Shown: positions 35,110-43,757 of the stretch, piece after piece
Position numbering within the stretch: the stretch's first letter is position 1
Layout of the letters: each line of letters starts with the position of its first letter
Assembly (NCBI GenBank): GCA_964504105.1
Contig: CAZDDB010000003.1
Coordinates: 1 to 44,640 of the forward strand
Source: an uncultured Acidobacteriota bacterium
GTDB lineage: Bacteria > Acidobacteriota > HRBIN11 > JAKEFK01
Reading direction: 5' to 3'
DNA length: 44,640 nucleotides
Position numbers and translations under genes: made by a program
Notes under the pieces: model-generated
The model's input: only the letters and a program-made list of their open reading frames with translations
What the model was told of the DNA's origin: nothing
The model's database searches: none

Positions 35110-36714
35110 ATGCAGTCGCCCACACGTGGATCGTTGACCGCAATCAGCCTGATTGAGCTTCTTAAAGACGCTGCCGATTCCGGTCTGACCGGAATGCTTC
35201 GTGTGGAACCCGGACCATTTGTTAAAGTTGTATATTTTCAGGACGGTACGATTGCGTTTGCCTCTTCCAATGAAAAATCGGACCGTCTTACAGAGGTGCT
35301 GCGGCTCGCAGGAAAACTTACGCCGGAACAGGTTGAAGATGCCCAGGCGCGTCTAAAACCAAATGTTTCGTTGGGAAAAACCCTCGTAGAGCTTGGTTAC
35401 CTCAGCCCGCGTGATCTCCTGTGGGGCGCAAGAGCGCAGGTTGAGGGGATTTGCCACCGTCTTTTGCTTCTGACTGACGGGAACTATCAGGTTCTGGAAG
35501 GCAGTTTGCCGAAAGAAATCATCAAGCTGAATCTTCCCGTTCCGCAGGTGATCTTTGAGGGCATTCTGAAGAGCCAGGACCGCGCGTGGGTTCTGCAACA
35601 TATTGAATCTCCTGAGGCGACTTACGGACTGTCATCCGATTTTCATGAAAAGTACGTTCGTTACGGGCTGAGGGCTGACGCGGTAGTTTCGCGTATGGAT
35701 GGAAAGCGATCGCTGGATGAGATAGCACACCTTGCCGGAATCGACACGTTCGAGATTTGCAAAATGGCCGTTGCCTTACAGTACCTGGGTCTGGCTCGGC
35801 GGGCCCCTCTTCAAATGGCTTTGCTCGAACCGAAATTGGAACCACAATTGGAACCAGCAGTGAAACAAGAGCCGCAGAAGGCCGGCGAACCGGAGCAAGA
35901 AACTCCCGTTCCGGACAAAACACCCGCTTACGAGGAGAGAGTTTCACTGGGTGAAGTAGTGCAAATTCCAACGGTGGAAGATTTGCACAAGGAGCCTGAA
36001 GAAGAGCCGCATCCACAGGAAATTACGAGCGCGACGGTTCTCGATGCCGAAGGCCCTGCTGAACCTGAGAGCGCTGAACCCGTACCTGCGATACCACTCA
36101 AGCCGATCCCGGTACCTTTTTCTCGTGGATTATTAACAGAAGAGGAAGAGATTGCCGAGGTGAAACCACGGTGGGAAGTCTCCCGGCGTTCCATATCCGC
36201 GATCGCCGTTCTGGTTCTCATTTGCGCTTCCGCCGCCTATTACTGGTTCGGAGTCAAAACCAAACATTCAAGTGGCATCCCGGACGTGCCAAATACCGTT
36301 TTACCTTCCAAGAAACCCGAAACCCAAACATCCGTCGAAACAACTACTCAAACATCTTCCACCGATTCTCAGGGTGAACCATCAGCAGCCATGACCCTGC
36401 TCCAATCGGGACGGATTCCGCAAGCTGCATTTGCATGGAAGCAGGAAACTGCGAACAGGAAATCAAAATTTACAATTCAACTATTGATCGCCTGTCAGGA
36501 AAAAACGGTGCTGGAATCACTGCAGGCCGTGCCTGATGCGAAAGACTTTTTGATTTTACCCTTGCAGTACAAGGGACAATCCTGCTACCGTGTCCTCTAC
36601 GGGCTGTACGAAACCGAGCGAGAAGCGCAGTCTGCAGCAACGCGTCTGCCCCCAGTATTTCTACAACAGGCCTCTCCGGCCCGGGCGGTCCCTTTGCAAA
36701 AGATCTGGCAATAA
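35110..36714 (+). CDS. PATAN (DUF4388) / MshEN-like / Pro-Glu linker / TM / SPOR-like protein
   Basis: ISLIELLKDAADSGLTGMLRV. RLTEVLRLAGKLTPEQVEDAQARL-KPNV-SLGKTLVELGYLSPRDLLWGARAQ. TM ISAIAVLVLICASAAYYWFGV. C-terminal SPOR-like FTIQLLIACQEK...YRVLYGLYETEREAQSAATRLP. Confidence 0.7.
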   Translation: MQSPTRGSLTAISLIELLKDAADSGLTGMLRVEPGPFVKVVYFQDGTIAFASSNEKSDRLTEVLRLAGKLTPEQVEDAQARLKPNVSLGKTLVELGYLSPRDLLWGARAQVEGICHRLLLLTDGNYQVLEGSLPKEIIKLNLPVPQVIFEGILKSQDRAWVLQHIESPEATYGLSSDFHEKYVRYGLRADAVVSRMDGKRSLDEIAHLAGIDTFEICKMAVALQYLGLARRAPLQMALLEPKLEPQLEPAVKQEPQKAGEPEQETPVPDKTPAYEERVSLGEVVQIPTVEDLHKEPEEEPHPQEITSATVLDAEGPAEPESAEPVPAIPLKPIPVPFSRGLLTEEEEIAEVKPRWEVSRRSISAIAVLVLICASAAYYWFGVKTKHSSGIPDVPNTVLPSKKPETQTSVETTTQTSSTDSQGEPSAAMTLLQSGRIPQAAFAWKQETANRKSKFTIQLLIACQEKTVLESLQAVPDAKDFLILPLQYKGQSCYRVLYGLYETEREAQSAATRLPPVFLQQASPARAVPLQKIWQ

Positions 36715-36715
36715 C

Positions 36716-38098
36716 ATGAAAACGCGATTTGTAAGGACCGCCGCGATCATGCTTACCTTTTGGATCGGGGGGCAAGTGCACGCGGACATCGTCCATCTGA
36801 GAAATGGAAAACAGATCGAGTGCGATTCCGCGTGGGAGGAAGGAAAAGAAGTCAAATACAAGATCGGAAAAGGAATCATCGGAATGCCGAAATCGATGGT
36901 GGCAAGAATCGAGAAAACGGCGACAGCGAAAAAAGAAGAACCGGAGATCCCGGAATCCTTGCAGAAACAGGGCGAAAAAAGTGCGCCCCTTTCCCCGGAA
37001 GAAATCGCCCTCCTTGAAAAAAAGAGCCGGACCGATGCTGCGGCAAAGGTGGCGCTCTCCGATTCATACACTGGAAAAGGTTTCGAAGCTGTTCAAAAAA
37101 AGGACTTTTCTGCAGCACTGGAATACTTCAAAAAGGCCCACAAACTCGCGCCGGGCCGGAAGACGGAGCTGAACCTCGCGGAGATCTATTTCGTGCTTCA
37201 GGATGACTGGAACGCGGAGTTTTATTTCAATGAAGTCTTGAAACAGGCTCCAAACGAAACGGAAGCGCTCAATTTTCTAGGAGAGATTGCATGGCGGAAG
37301 GAGGATTTGTCTGAAGCGCAGGCCTATTGGCGAAAATCCTATTCGATTCATGCGGACCCCGTGATCAAAGAAAAACTCGACCGGCTCAACAAGGAAACTA
37401 CTGCCTCCAGCGAATACGAAAACACGTCGAGCCGCCATTTCCTGATCCGTTACGACGGCGGCACGGTCGATGCGCTGCTTGTAAACGAGATTTCCAGCTT
37501 CCTGGAAGAAACCTATCAACAACTTGGTAGTCGATTTGAAGCCTATCCGTCAGCCCCTTTTATTGTGGTCTTCTATCCGAGGCAGCAGTTTTTCCGTGTA
37601 ACCGACATGCCTTACTGGGCCGGAGGCGTAAATGACGGCAAGATCCGACTTCCTATGAAGGGCATCGAAACGATCACAAATGATCTTCGCGAAGTCCTGA
37701 TCCACGAGCTTGCTCACTCCTTTGTCCGCTTTAAGACTTCGGAGAATTGTCCCGTCTGGCTGCAAGAAGGTCTGGCACAGATTTCGGAGGGAAAAACGCT
37801 TGGCCCGAAAGAGATGGAAGCGCTTTCCCAATTGATTCTTCGGAAACAGCTTCCATCAATCAAGAGCCTTGGGGGGAGTTTTACCGGCGCAAATTCCGCA
37901 GTGGCAGGCATCCTTTATGCGCAGTCGCTTTCCTTTACTGAATTTCTGATGAACCGCTACCCGCCTTACCAGTTGAACGAATTGCTCGAAAACCTGGGAA
38001 AAGAAATGGACTTTGAGGAAGCGTTTCAGAATGCGTACGGCGTTTCGCTGAGCGAAATGGATTCACAATGGCGAAACGAACTTGGGGACGAAGAATAA
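36716..38098 (+). CDS. secreted TPR protein with MA-clan (gluzincin) peptidase-like domain
   Basis: Inner ATG of ORF 36590..38098, starting 2 nt after the upstream stop. Signal peptide MKTRFVRTAAIMLTFWIGGQVHA. HEXXH in EVLIHELAHSF, with WLQEGLAQ downstream (Peptidase_MA_2-like). Confidence 0.7.
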   Translation: MKTRFVRTAAIMLTFWIGGQVHADIVHLRNGKQIECDSAWEEGKEVKYKIGKGIIGMPKSMVARIEKTATAKKEEPEIPESLQKQGEKSAPLSPEEIALLEKKSRTDAAAKVALSDSYTGKGFEAVQKKDFSAALEYFKKAHKLAPGRKTELNLAEIYFVLQDDWNAEFYFNEVLKQAPNETEALNFLGEIAWRKEDLSEAQAYWRKSYSIHADPVIKEKLDRLNKETTASSEYENTSSRHFLIRYDGGTVDALLVNEISSFLEETYQQLGSRFEAYPSAPFIVVFYPRQQFFRVTDMPYWAGGVNDGKIRLPMKGIETITNDLREVLIHELAHSFVRFKTSENCPVWLQEGLAQISEGKTLGPKEMEALSQLILRKQLPSIKSLGGSFTGANSAVAGILYAQSLSFTEFLMNRYPPYQLNELLENLGKEMDFEEAFQNAYGVSLSEMDSQWRNELGDEE

Positions 38099-38228
38099 GA
38101 TCAAATATGCAGCGCCTCTATTTTTAGGCGGTTTTCACTCCCGCCACTTGAGTCGTTTGCAGAACGGATTCTTCAACAATCTGTTTTCGAAAAAGAGTGA
38201 GTTATTCCCGGCACGGCGTAATCCCCGG

Positions 38229-38660
38229 CTATCTGATCCCCGTGTCAATTTCAATCGTCAGTATTGTGGTCACTCCTGACTCGACTTGAAATGGTTTCGG
38301 CTCGGACTTGACGATTCCGATATCGTTTGGAGAAAGTTCAGCCAGATAGGATCCGGGCTGAAGATCCGTACGAAAATTTCCTTTGGAGTCGAACGGTACT
38401 TCCTTGACCGTCATCCGTTGTGAATCCAGAATCGCAAGACGATGGGCTGCATATACGATCGCATCCATTTCACATGGCTCATTCACTCTTTCTACCGGAC
38501 AATTCGGCCCGATCAGAACCTGCCCTTCCACAAAACCCGTCTCAGCGCCCGCGAGCCTCTCGTTCGATGGAATAGCTGGGTTTCCATTCCCATCTCCGCA
38601 TGCTGTGAAAAGAAATGGAAAAGACATTACAACAATCAATAACGCAATTCTCTTTAACAT
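38229..38660 (-). CDS. lipoprotein, unknown function
   Basis: Lipobox in MLKRIALLIVVMSFPFLFTAC. Beta-rich mature part. Confidence 0.6.
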   Translation of the reverse strand: MLKRIALLIVVMSFPFLFTACGDGNGNPAIPSNERLAGAETGFVEGQVLIGPNCPVERVNEPCEMDAIVYAAHRLAILDSQRMTVKEVPFDSKGNFRTDLQPGSYLAELSPNDIGIVKSEPKPFQVESGVTTILTIEIDTGIR

Positions 38661-38685
38661 TGGTTTCTCCTAATAGTTTATGCAC

Positions 38686-38892
38686 TCACGTTACAATTTG
38701 CATGCCATCGAGGATATCGTCGACAGTTCCGCCCCATAACCGTCGAATCCTGAGATACTCCTCAGTTTCTTGATAGCCGTCTTCCCACACGCGGACCTTT
38801 TGAGAGTCAAATTGATTCTTCTCTTCTTGGAGACGATCTATTTCTTCACCCAAAGTCTGCCCCACATATCCGGAAGAGGAATGGCTATGCAT
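38686..38892 (-). CDS. small acidic hypothetical protein
   Basis: 68-aa ORF directly downstream of the LytTR regulator. No clear SD and no recognisable motif. Confidence 0.35.
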   Translation of the reverse strand: MHSHSSSGYVGQTLGEEIDRLQEEKNQFDSQKVRVWEDGYQETEEYLRIRRLWGGTVDDILDGMQIVT

Positions 38893-38911
38893 GCGCCAAA
38901 AGGGAATCGGA

Positions 38912-39685
38912 CTATTTCACCGGCTTCTTCAGCATCGAAGAAAGTCTCTGCTTAAATCTTCGGCTCATGGGAATCACGGTACCGTTCTGCAACAGGACGC
39001 GGCTGGTGCGATGAAACCAGGGTTGCAGTTCTTGAATGCGATCCAGATTTACAATCGCGGTTCGATGAATGCGAAGAAACTTTTCAGGATCGAGTTGATC
39101 TTCCAGGTTTCTGAGGGACTCACGAAGAAGGTAGGATTCGCTGCCACGATGGAGTCGAACATAATTATCTTCGGCCTGAAACCAATCGACTTCATTCACC
39201 TTTACCAAAAGCGCTCTTCCATCTTTGGGAATTACCAGGCGGTTTAGAAAGGAACGGTCCCGGTTCAGGTTCTCCAGCAGCGCCAAAGTCCGTTCTGCCA
39301 GGCCCGTACTCTTTTCCCTGGAAAACTGATCTTTGAAACGGTTCAGAGCCTCTTCAAAACGTTTCCGCTTGAACGGTTTTAACAGGTAATCCAAAGCGTG
39401 AACCTCGAATGCCTTCACGGCGTATTGATCGTATGCGGTGACAAAAATCACACCGGGGATCCGACCCGTTTCCAGTTGTCTGAGGACGCCGAAACCGTCG
39501 ACTCGAGGCATCTGAACATCAAGAAAGAGCAGATCAGGACGAAGTCTTCGAATGGCAGCCACTGCTTCGCTGCCGCTGCCGCACTCTCCAACAACCTCGA
39601 ACTCCGGATCTCGCTTCAGCATTTGACGGATCCTTTCTCTCGCAAGAGGTTCGTCATCCACGATAAGAGTTCGTATCTGCAGCAT
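38912..39685 (-). CDS. LytR/AlgR family response regulator (REC plus LytTR)
   Basis: Inner ATG (AGGAGA upstream) of ORF 38912..39787. MLQIRTLIVDDEPLARERI, DLLFLDVQMP, and a LytTR C-terminus (FLRIHRTAIVNLDRIQEL). Confidence 0.88.
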   Translation of the reverse strand: MLQIRTLIVDDEPLARERIRQMLKRDPEFEVVGECGSGSEAVAAIRRLRPDLLFLDVQMPRVDGFGVLRQLETGRIPGVIFVTAYDQYAVKAFEVHALDYLLKPFKRKRFEEALNRFKDQFSREKSTGLAERTLALLENLNRDRSFLNRLVIPKDGRALLVKVNEVDWFQAEDNYVRLHRGSESYLLRESLRNLEDQLDPEKFLRIHRTAIVNLDRIQELQPWFHRTSRVLLQNGTVIPMSRRFKQRLSSMLKKPVK

Positions 39686-40853
39686 GGGAATTCTCCTGTG
39701 CAACGCTGTCGGATTTGAGAAATGGTATATCCACTGTAACCAAAAGCCCTCCCGCGGGAGTGTTCTCCAAAGAGAAGTGATGGTCATTCCCGTAATGATG
39801 ATTCAACCTGGCCCGTGTATTACGAAGTCCAATACCTTGACTGGCGACGGCGTCGGATCCGCTTGCCAATCCCGGGCCGTCATCTTCGATCGTTATCCGA
39901 AGCTTTCCATCATGACGCTTTGTTCGAATTTCAATGTGACCAAGATCGGTACGTTCGGCAATACCATGCTTGATGGCATTTTCGATGATCGGCTGAAACA
40001 ACATGTTGGGCACCATAGCATCCAGCGTTTCCGAATCAAGCTCAAAGCTCGCAATCAGGCGATCATGAAACCGGATCTGCTCGATTTCCAGGTAGCATTT
40101 TAGAAACTCCATCTCCTTTTCAAGGCGAATTTCTTCCGCCCCGGAATTCTTCAAGGTCAAACGCAGGAAATCTCCGAGACTCCCCACCATTTCATCGGCG
40201 GATTCCGGATCTTTGTGGAGCAAAGCGGAAATGGAATTCAGAGTATTAAAAAGAAAATGAGGATGGATTTGCATCTTCAGGGCCTGCAATTGTGCTTTCG
40301 TCAGCTCCAACTGCAGTTGCGCGGCGTTTCGGTAGAACCGAATGGTAAGCAGCGAAACAAGGATTAGCCAGTAAACAAAGATGCCCAGATGAAAGTCGAG
40401 AGGAAACGCGTACTTGAAGACTTGAAAGGGTTCGAAGATATCGAGCGAAGACAGTTGAGTAAGAAATGGCTCTTTCGATTGTGCTGCGCGAATCAGGCTT
40501 GTAATCAACCAGTATGTCAGGCTGAACAGTACTATGTGGACAAAGGAAATCAGGATGCTGAGGAAGAGGTGTTTGGAGATTTTCGAAACGAGGCGGGGTG
40601 TCTGGATTGGATGAACCCGCACAAGCCGAACGATCCAGGGAGTAAGAGCGGCCCAGAGGCACCAGCGTGTCATCTCCCATTGCAGAACGTAAGACAAGGT
40701 GGTTTTCCGCCCGGTGTTCATGGCAAACAGATAAAGTTGACTCGCGAAAACGAACCCGATCAGCGTCCATATCCCAAGAAGACAGACAATTCGAATCCAC
40801 CTTCGCTGCCAGAGCATATCGAAGTAAAGGCGATCAAGCTTCATCCTGTTCAT
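39654..40853 (-). CDS. LytS/YehU-type sensor histidine kinase
   Basis: Multi-TM N-terminus, IHPHFLFNTLNSISALL, ENAIKHG, DDGPGL, GIGLRNT. ATG 40853 chosen (TTG 40880 and ATG 40844 are also possible). The 3' end overlaps the regulator start by 32 nt. Confidence 0.85.
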   Translation of the reverse strand: MNRMKLDRLYFDMLWQRRWIRIVCLLGIWTLIGFVFASQLYLFAMNTGRKTTLSYVLQWEMTRWCLWAALTPWIVRLVRVHPIQTPRLVSKISKHLFLSILISFVHIVLFSLTYWLITSLIRAAQSKEPFLTQLSSLDIFEPFQVFKYAFPLDFHLGIFVYWLILVSLLTIRFYRNAAQLQLELTKAQLQALKMQIHPHFLFNTLNSISALLHKDPESADEMVGSLGDFLRLTLKNSGAEEIRLEKEMEFLKCYLEIEQIRFHDRLIASFELDSETLDAMVPNMLFQPIIENAIKHGIAERTDLGHIEIRTKRHDGKLRITIEDDGPGLASGSDAVASQGIGLRNTRARLNHHYGNDHHFSLENTPAGGLLVTVDIPFLKSDSVAQENSHAADTNSYRG

Positions 40854-41075
40854 TTTCTTCCGGTATACGGTTTTTCTCAACCATTCAGTGGCGAACCAGC
40901 CCTAAACGAAGATAAACGGCCTCATTTTGGCGTGACCAGTCGCCCGGGTAATGCCGTTCACCCTGATAAGTGGATCTCTTCCGACATTATTGTCCCATCT
41001 GTCACAAACTCGTTCATCTCCTTATCAAGGATCTGTCTTAATAAACCGACACGCAGTTGTTTTGGAGGTAAAAAA

Positions 41076-41888
41076 ATGAAGCACTGGCAACGTATCGTTT
41101 TCCTTTTGGTCTCCTGGTCTGTGGTGGTGTGGGCGAATTCCGCCGGGGCGCCGCCAATAGTAATTCAGGCTGTCGAGCAGATTCGTAAAGCCGACTATGA
41201 AGGCGACCGCACTGCTCTGAAGCAGCTTTACGGACAGTTATCGCCTTACGCAGACGACAAAGATTTCGGGTCGCGCGTGCGGTATTGGCGTGCATTTGCC
41301 TTATGGAGGCGTGCGATTAACGGATTTAACGAAACCGTTGAGCCGAAGGAATTGGAACAGGACATTGTGCAGGCGATTGAAGAGTTTCAAAAGGCTGTTG
41401 CGCAAGATCCCGGCTTTGTGGACGCGAAAATCGGTAGGCTTTCCTGCATGGGCTATCTGGCTTACATCAACAGGGAAAACAAAGAGCGCGTTCAGGAATT
41501 ATTAGTCCCGGCGTCCGAATCCAAAAAGGAAGTTATGGCGGAGGCCCCGGACAATCCCCGGTTGATCTGGGTGATGGGCCCATGGCTCTGGAACACTCCG
41601 GTGGAACGGGGTGGCGGCCAGGCGAATGCAATAGCAAGTTACGAAAAAGGGCTTGAATCGATCAGGAATCGCAAAAACACCGGGAACGATCCGCTGGAAC
41701 CCTCCTGGGGCGAGCCGGAATTGTTGATGAGCCTGGCTTGGTCCCATCTGAACCGAACGGAACCGGACCTGAACGCGGCAGAAAAGAATGCCATTGCCGC
41801 ACTGGCGCTAGTCCCGTATTGGCATTACGTGCGCGACATTCTGATGCCTCAGATTCGCGACGCGAAGTCGAAGGACGCGCCTAAGTAA
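41076..41888 (+). CDS. secreted helical (TPR-like) hypothetical protein
   Basis: Real start inside ORF 40389..41888. GGAGG sits 8 nt upstream of ATG 41076. Signal peptide MKHWQRIVFLLVSWSVVVWANSA. Confidence 0.6.
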   Translation: MKHWQRIVFLLVSWSVVVWANSAGAPPIVIQAVEQIRKADYEGDRTALKQLYGQLSPYADDKDFGSRVRYWRAFALWRRAINGFNETVEPKELEQDIVQAIEEFQKAVAQDPGFVDAKIGRLSCMGYLAYINRENKERVQELLVPASESKKEVMAEAPDNPRLIWVMGPWLWNTPVERGGGQANAIASYEKGLESIRNRKNTGNDPLEPSWGEPELLMSLAWSHLNRTEPDLNAAEKNAIAALALVPYWHYVRDILMPQIRDAKSKDAPK

Positions 41889-41896
41889 GAATAGAA

Positions 41897-41929
41897 CAGG
41901 GCTAACTCCATTGGATTGGGTTAGCCCTG
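41897..41929 (+). terminator. stem-loop after the secreted-protein gene (10-bp perfect stem, no U-tract)
   Basis: CAGGGCTAAC (41897..41906) pairs with GTTAGCCCTG (41920..41929), 13-nt loop. Confidence 0.4.
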
Positions 41930-42034
41930 AACTGCTTCTCCCACGAACAAAATCCTTCACAACACCTCTTTTCTTAGTAGAACGCTATCGTGAATTGGCG
42001 CTCTCTTCGAATCCGTAAACTCTGCTTGATAAGT

Positions 42035-42052
42035 GTTGTCATATATGACAAC
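42035..42052. promoter_or_regulatory. 18-bp perfect palindrome GTTGTCATATATGACAAC, candidate TA operator
   Basis: Lies 35 nt upstream of the toxin ATG, in an AT-rich stretch containing TTGATA and TATAGT hexamers. Confidence 0.5.
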
Positions 42053-42086
42053 ATATAGTATTAGCGGTATGAAGTAGCGGACAGCA

Positions 42087-42434
42087 ATGACCCGGAAAAC
42101 ACGGCCCGTTTCGTGGATCAGGGCGGCACTAAAGGAATTCGAGGCGTTCCCGGAAGGAGCCCGAGCCATGTGTCTTACTGCCTTGACGATCGCCGCCGAG
42201 GACGGTAAGGCCGACATTGCAAAACCGATGCACGGCTTGGGGTCGGGCGTCTTCGAGATTGCACTGCCGTTCCGGGGCGATGCGTTCCGGGTGGTCTATG
42301 CTGTGCAGTTGGCCGAGGAAATCTGGGTCATTCACGCGTTTCAGAAGAAATCGACGCAGGGCATCAAGACGCCGAAGCGCGAGGTCGATCTGATCAAAAA
42401 CCGTTTGAAAAGACTGAAGGAGATGTTGCGATGA
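42087..42434 (+). CDS. type II toxin, RelE/ParE superfamily (Gp49/HigB-like)
   Basis: KEFEAFPEGARAMCLTALTIAAEDGKADIAKPMHGLGSGVFEIALPFRGDAFRVVYAVQLAEEIWVIHAFQKKS is typical of Gp49-like toxins. The toxin gene comes first, as in higBA. Confidence 0.8.
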   Translation: MTRKTRPVSWIRAALKEFEAFPEGARAMCLTALTIAAEDGKADIAKPMHGLGSGVFEIALPFRGDAFRVVYAVQLAEEIWVIHAFQKKSTQGIKTPKREVDLIKNRLKRLKEMLR

Positions 42435-42763
42435 AAAACGAAAAGCTGGAAGTGGTGCGGGGAAGCGGAAATGTTTTTCGCGACCTCGGGCACAAGAATG
42501 CGGATGCCGAACAGTTCAAGGCCATCCTGGCCGCCGAAATTATCAAGGTGCTCGATCGAGAGGGTCTGAGCGTGCGCGGTGCGCATAGCCGCACTGGGAT
42601 TGCCGCGGCCGACTTCTCGCGCATCCGCAATGCTGCCCTCGGTAGGTTCACTGTCGATCGCCTCATGTCGATCATCAATCGACTCGGGTCGCGAGTAGAG
42701 GTGAAAGTGAGGATACGGCGCGCAGGAACAGCCGCGCAAGCCGCGCACGAGGCGACGGCATGA
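42431..42763 (+). CDS. XRE-family HTH antitoxin (HigA-like)
   Basis: ATGA overlap with the toxin gene. VVRGSGNVFRDLGHKNADAEQFKAILAAEI...GLSVRGAHSRTGIAAADFSRIRNAALGRFTVDRLMSIINRLG. Confidence 0.8.
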   Translation: MKNEKLEVVRGSGNVFRDLGHKNADAEQFKAILAAEIIKVLDREGLSVRGAHSRTGIAAADFSRIRNAALGRFTVDRLMSIINRLGSRVEVKVRIRRAGTAAQAAHEATA

Positions 42764-43164
42764 GCCACTGACCAGTGGCAGTTGTCCCGCTCGAACCGTG
42801 GTTCGACAAGAGCTACCCTCCGGGCGAAATCGTGCTGGTCAAGTGAACAAACCATCGGCTACAACAAGCTCTTCCGGCTTCCTTCCAAACTTTGTGTGTT
42901 GGAGTGACGATCTTTCCTGTTCGCTCGAATGGTTCAAACACTTCACGCATTTTCGGTTACCGATGTACTCATTTGGGAAAGAGCAGTGTCAAAGTCCCAC
43001 GAAGCTTCCATTTGGGACCGCCGTCCGGTTGGTCGATGAAGGATCCTGTGCCGACACCTACACTGATCGGACGCCGCCCAGCGCACCAATCAAGACAGCA
43101 CAGATCAAAAATCTAATTGTGTATTTCATGTTTGTTTTGTCCTTCGTTCATTGTTCAATCTATC

Positions 43165-43644
43165 TTATTGTGGATTGCGAAAGATCCGATTCGATGTCCC
43201 TCTGGCCAATGCGTACGGTATAGTAATGAGGATCGGACCTAAAATCAGAGCCGGAACAATATGCACAATTCCGAACAGGATGTACTGAAAGACAATATCC
43301 GCTAGAATCCCGAGGATGAGCATGATGCTGATCGTGTCGAATCCGTCCTTCAGCGTTTCTTTCCAACCCGCCTCGCGATAAACGATGCTCCACAAATAGG
43401 GTGGACGACCTGCAGTCGCATCCTTTTTACCGCCGATCATTCCGAGAAGAATGGCTACTGTGGGTTGAATCAGGAAACGAAATCTGCCCGGCCCAATAAA
43501 GCGAGAGACCAAATCATTCCAAAACTGTTTCGAAAACAGGTAGATATCACCGGTTTTGGTCCACTCCCTTATGACAGAAGGAAGGGCTGCCGCCAGCAGA
43601 AAGACAGTGACAATCAGAAGAATTTTTCGAATGATTAGTTTCAC
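43165..43644 (-). CDS. hypothetical membrane protein
   Basis: GTG start, 159 aa, about 4 predicted TM segments (ILLIVTVFLLAAAL, LIQPTVAILLGMIGG, ISIMLILGILADIVFQYILFGIVHIVPALILGPILI). Confidence 0.55.
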   Translation of the reverse strand: MKLIIRKILLIVTVFLLAAALPSVIREWTKTGDIYLFSKQFWNDLVSRFIGPGRFRFLIQPTVAILLGMIGGKKDATAGRPPYLWSIVYREAGWKETLKDGFDTISIMLILGILADIVFQYILFGIVHIVPALILGPILITIPYALARGTSNRIFRNPQ

Positions 43645-43757
43645 AGGTCAACTATCCTTTGTTTTCAGATTTTAGAGCAACCACTTAAACAAAGAGGAGA
43701 ACCCTCAGCGGTTGGCGCACACGCCAAGCGCTACAACCACCAGCTTAAATCCACTCG

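Noticed and set aside
35827-35859. Direct DNA repeats ATTGGAACCA
   Set aside because: They simply encode the repetitive KLEPQLEP part of the Pro/Glu-rich linker of the PATAN-SPOR protein. This is not an independent DNA element.
40389-41075. 5' two-fifths of the 499-aa plus-strand ORF 40389..41888
   Set aside because: This part is antisense to the LytS-type kinase. A GGAGG, ATG and signal peptide appear only at 41076, so only 41076..41888 is called.
42001-42020. TTCGAATCC, a T-loop-like string suggesting a tRNA
   Set aside because: No flanking T-stem, acceptor stem or anticodon arm could be folded by eye. I saw no tRNA anywhere in the window, though a tRNAscan run would be the decisive test.
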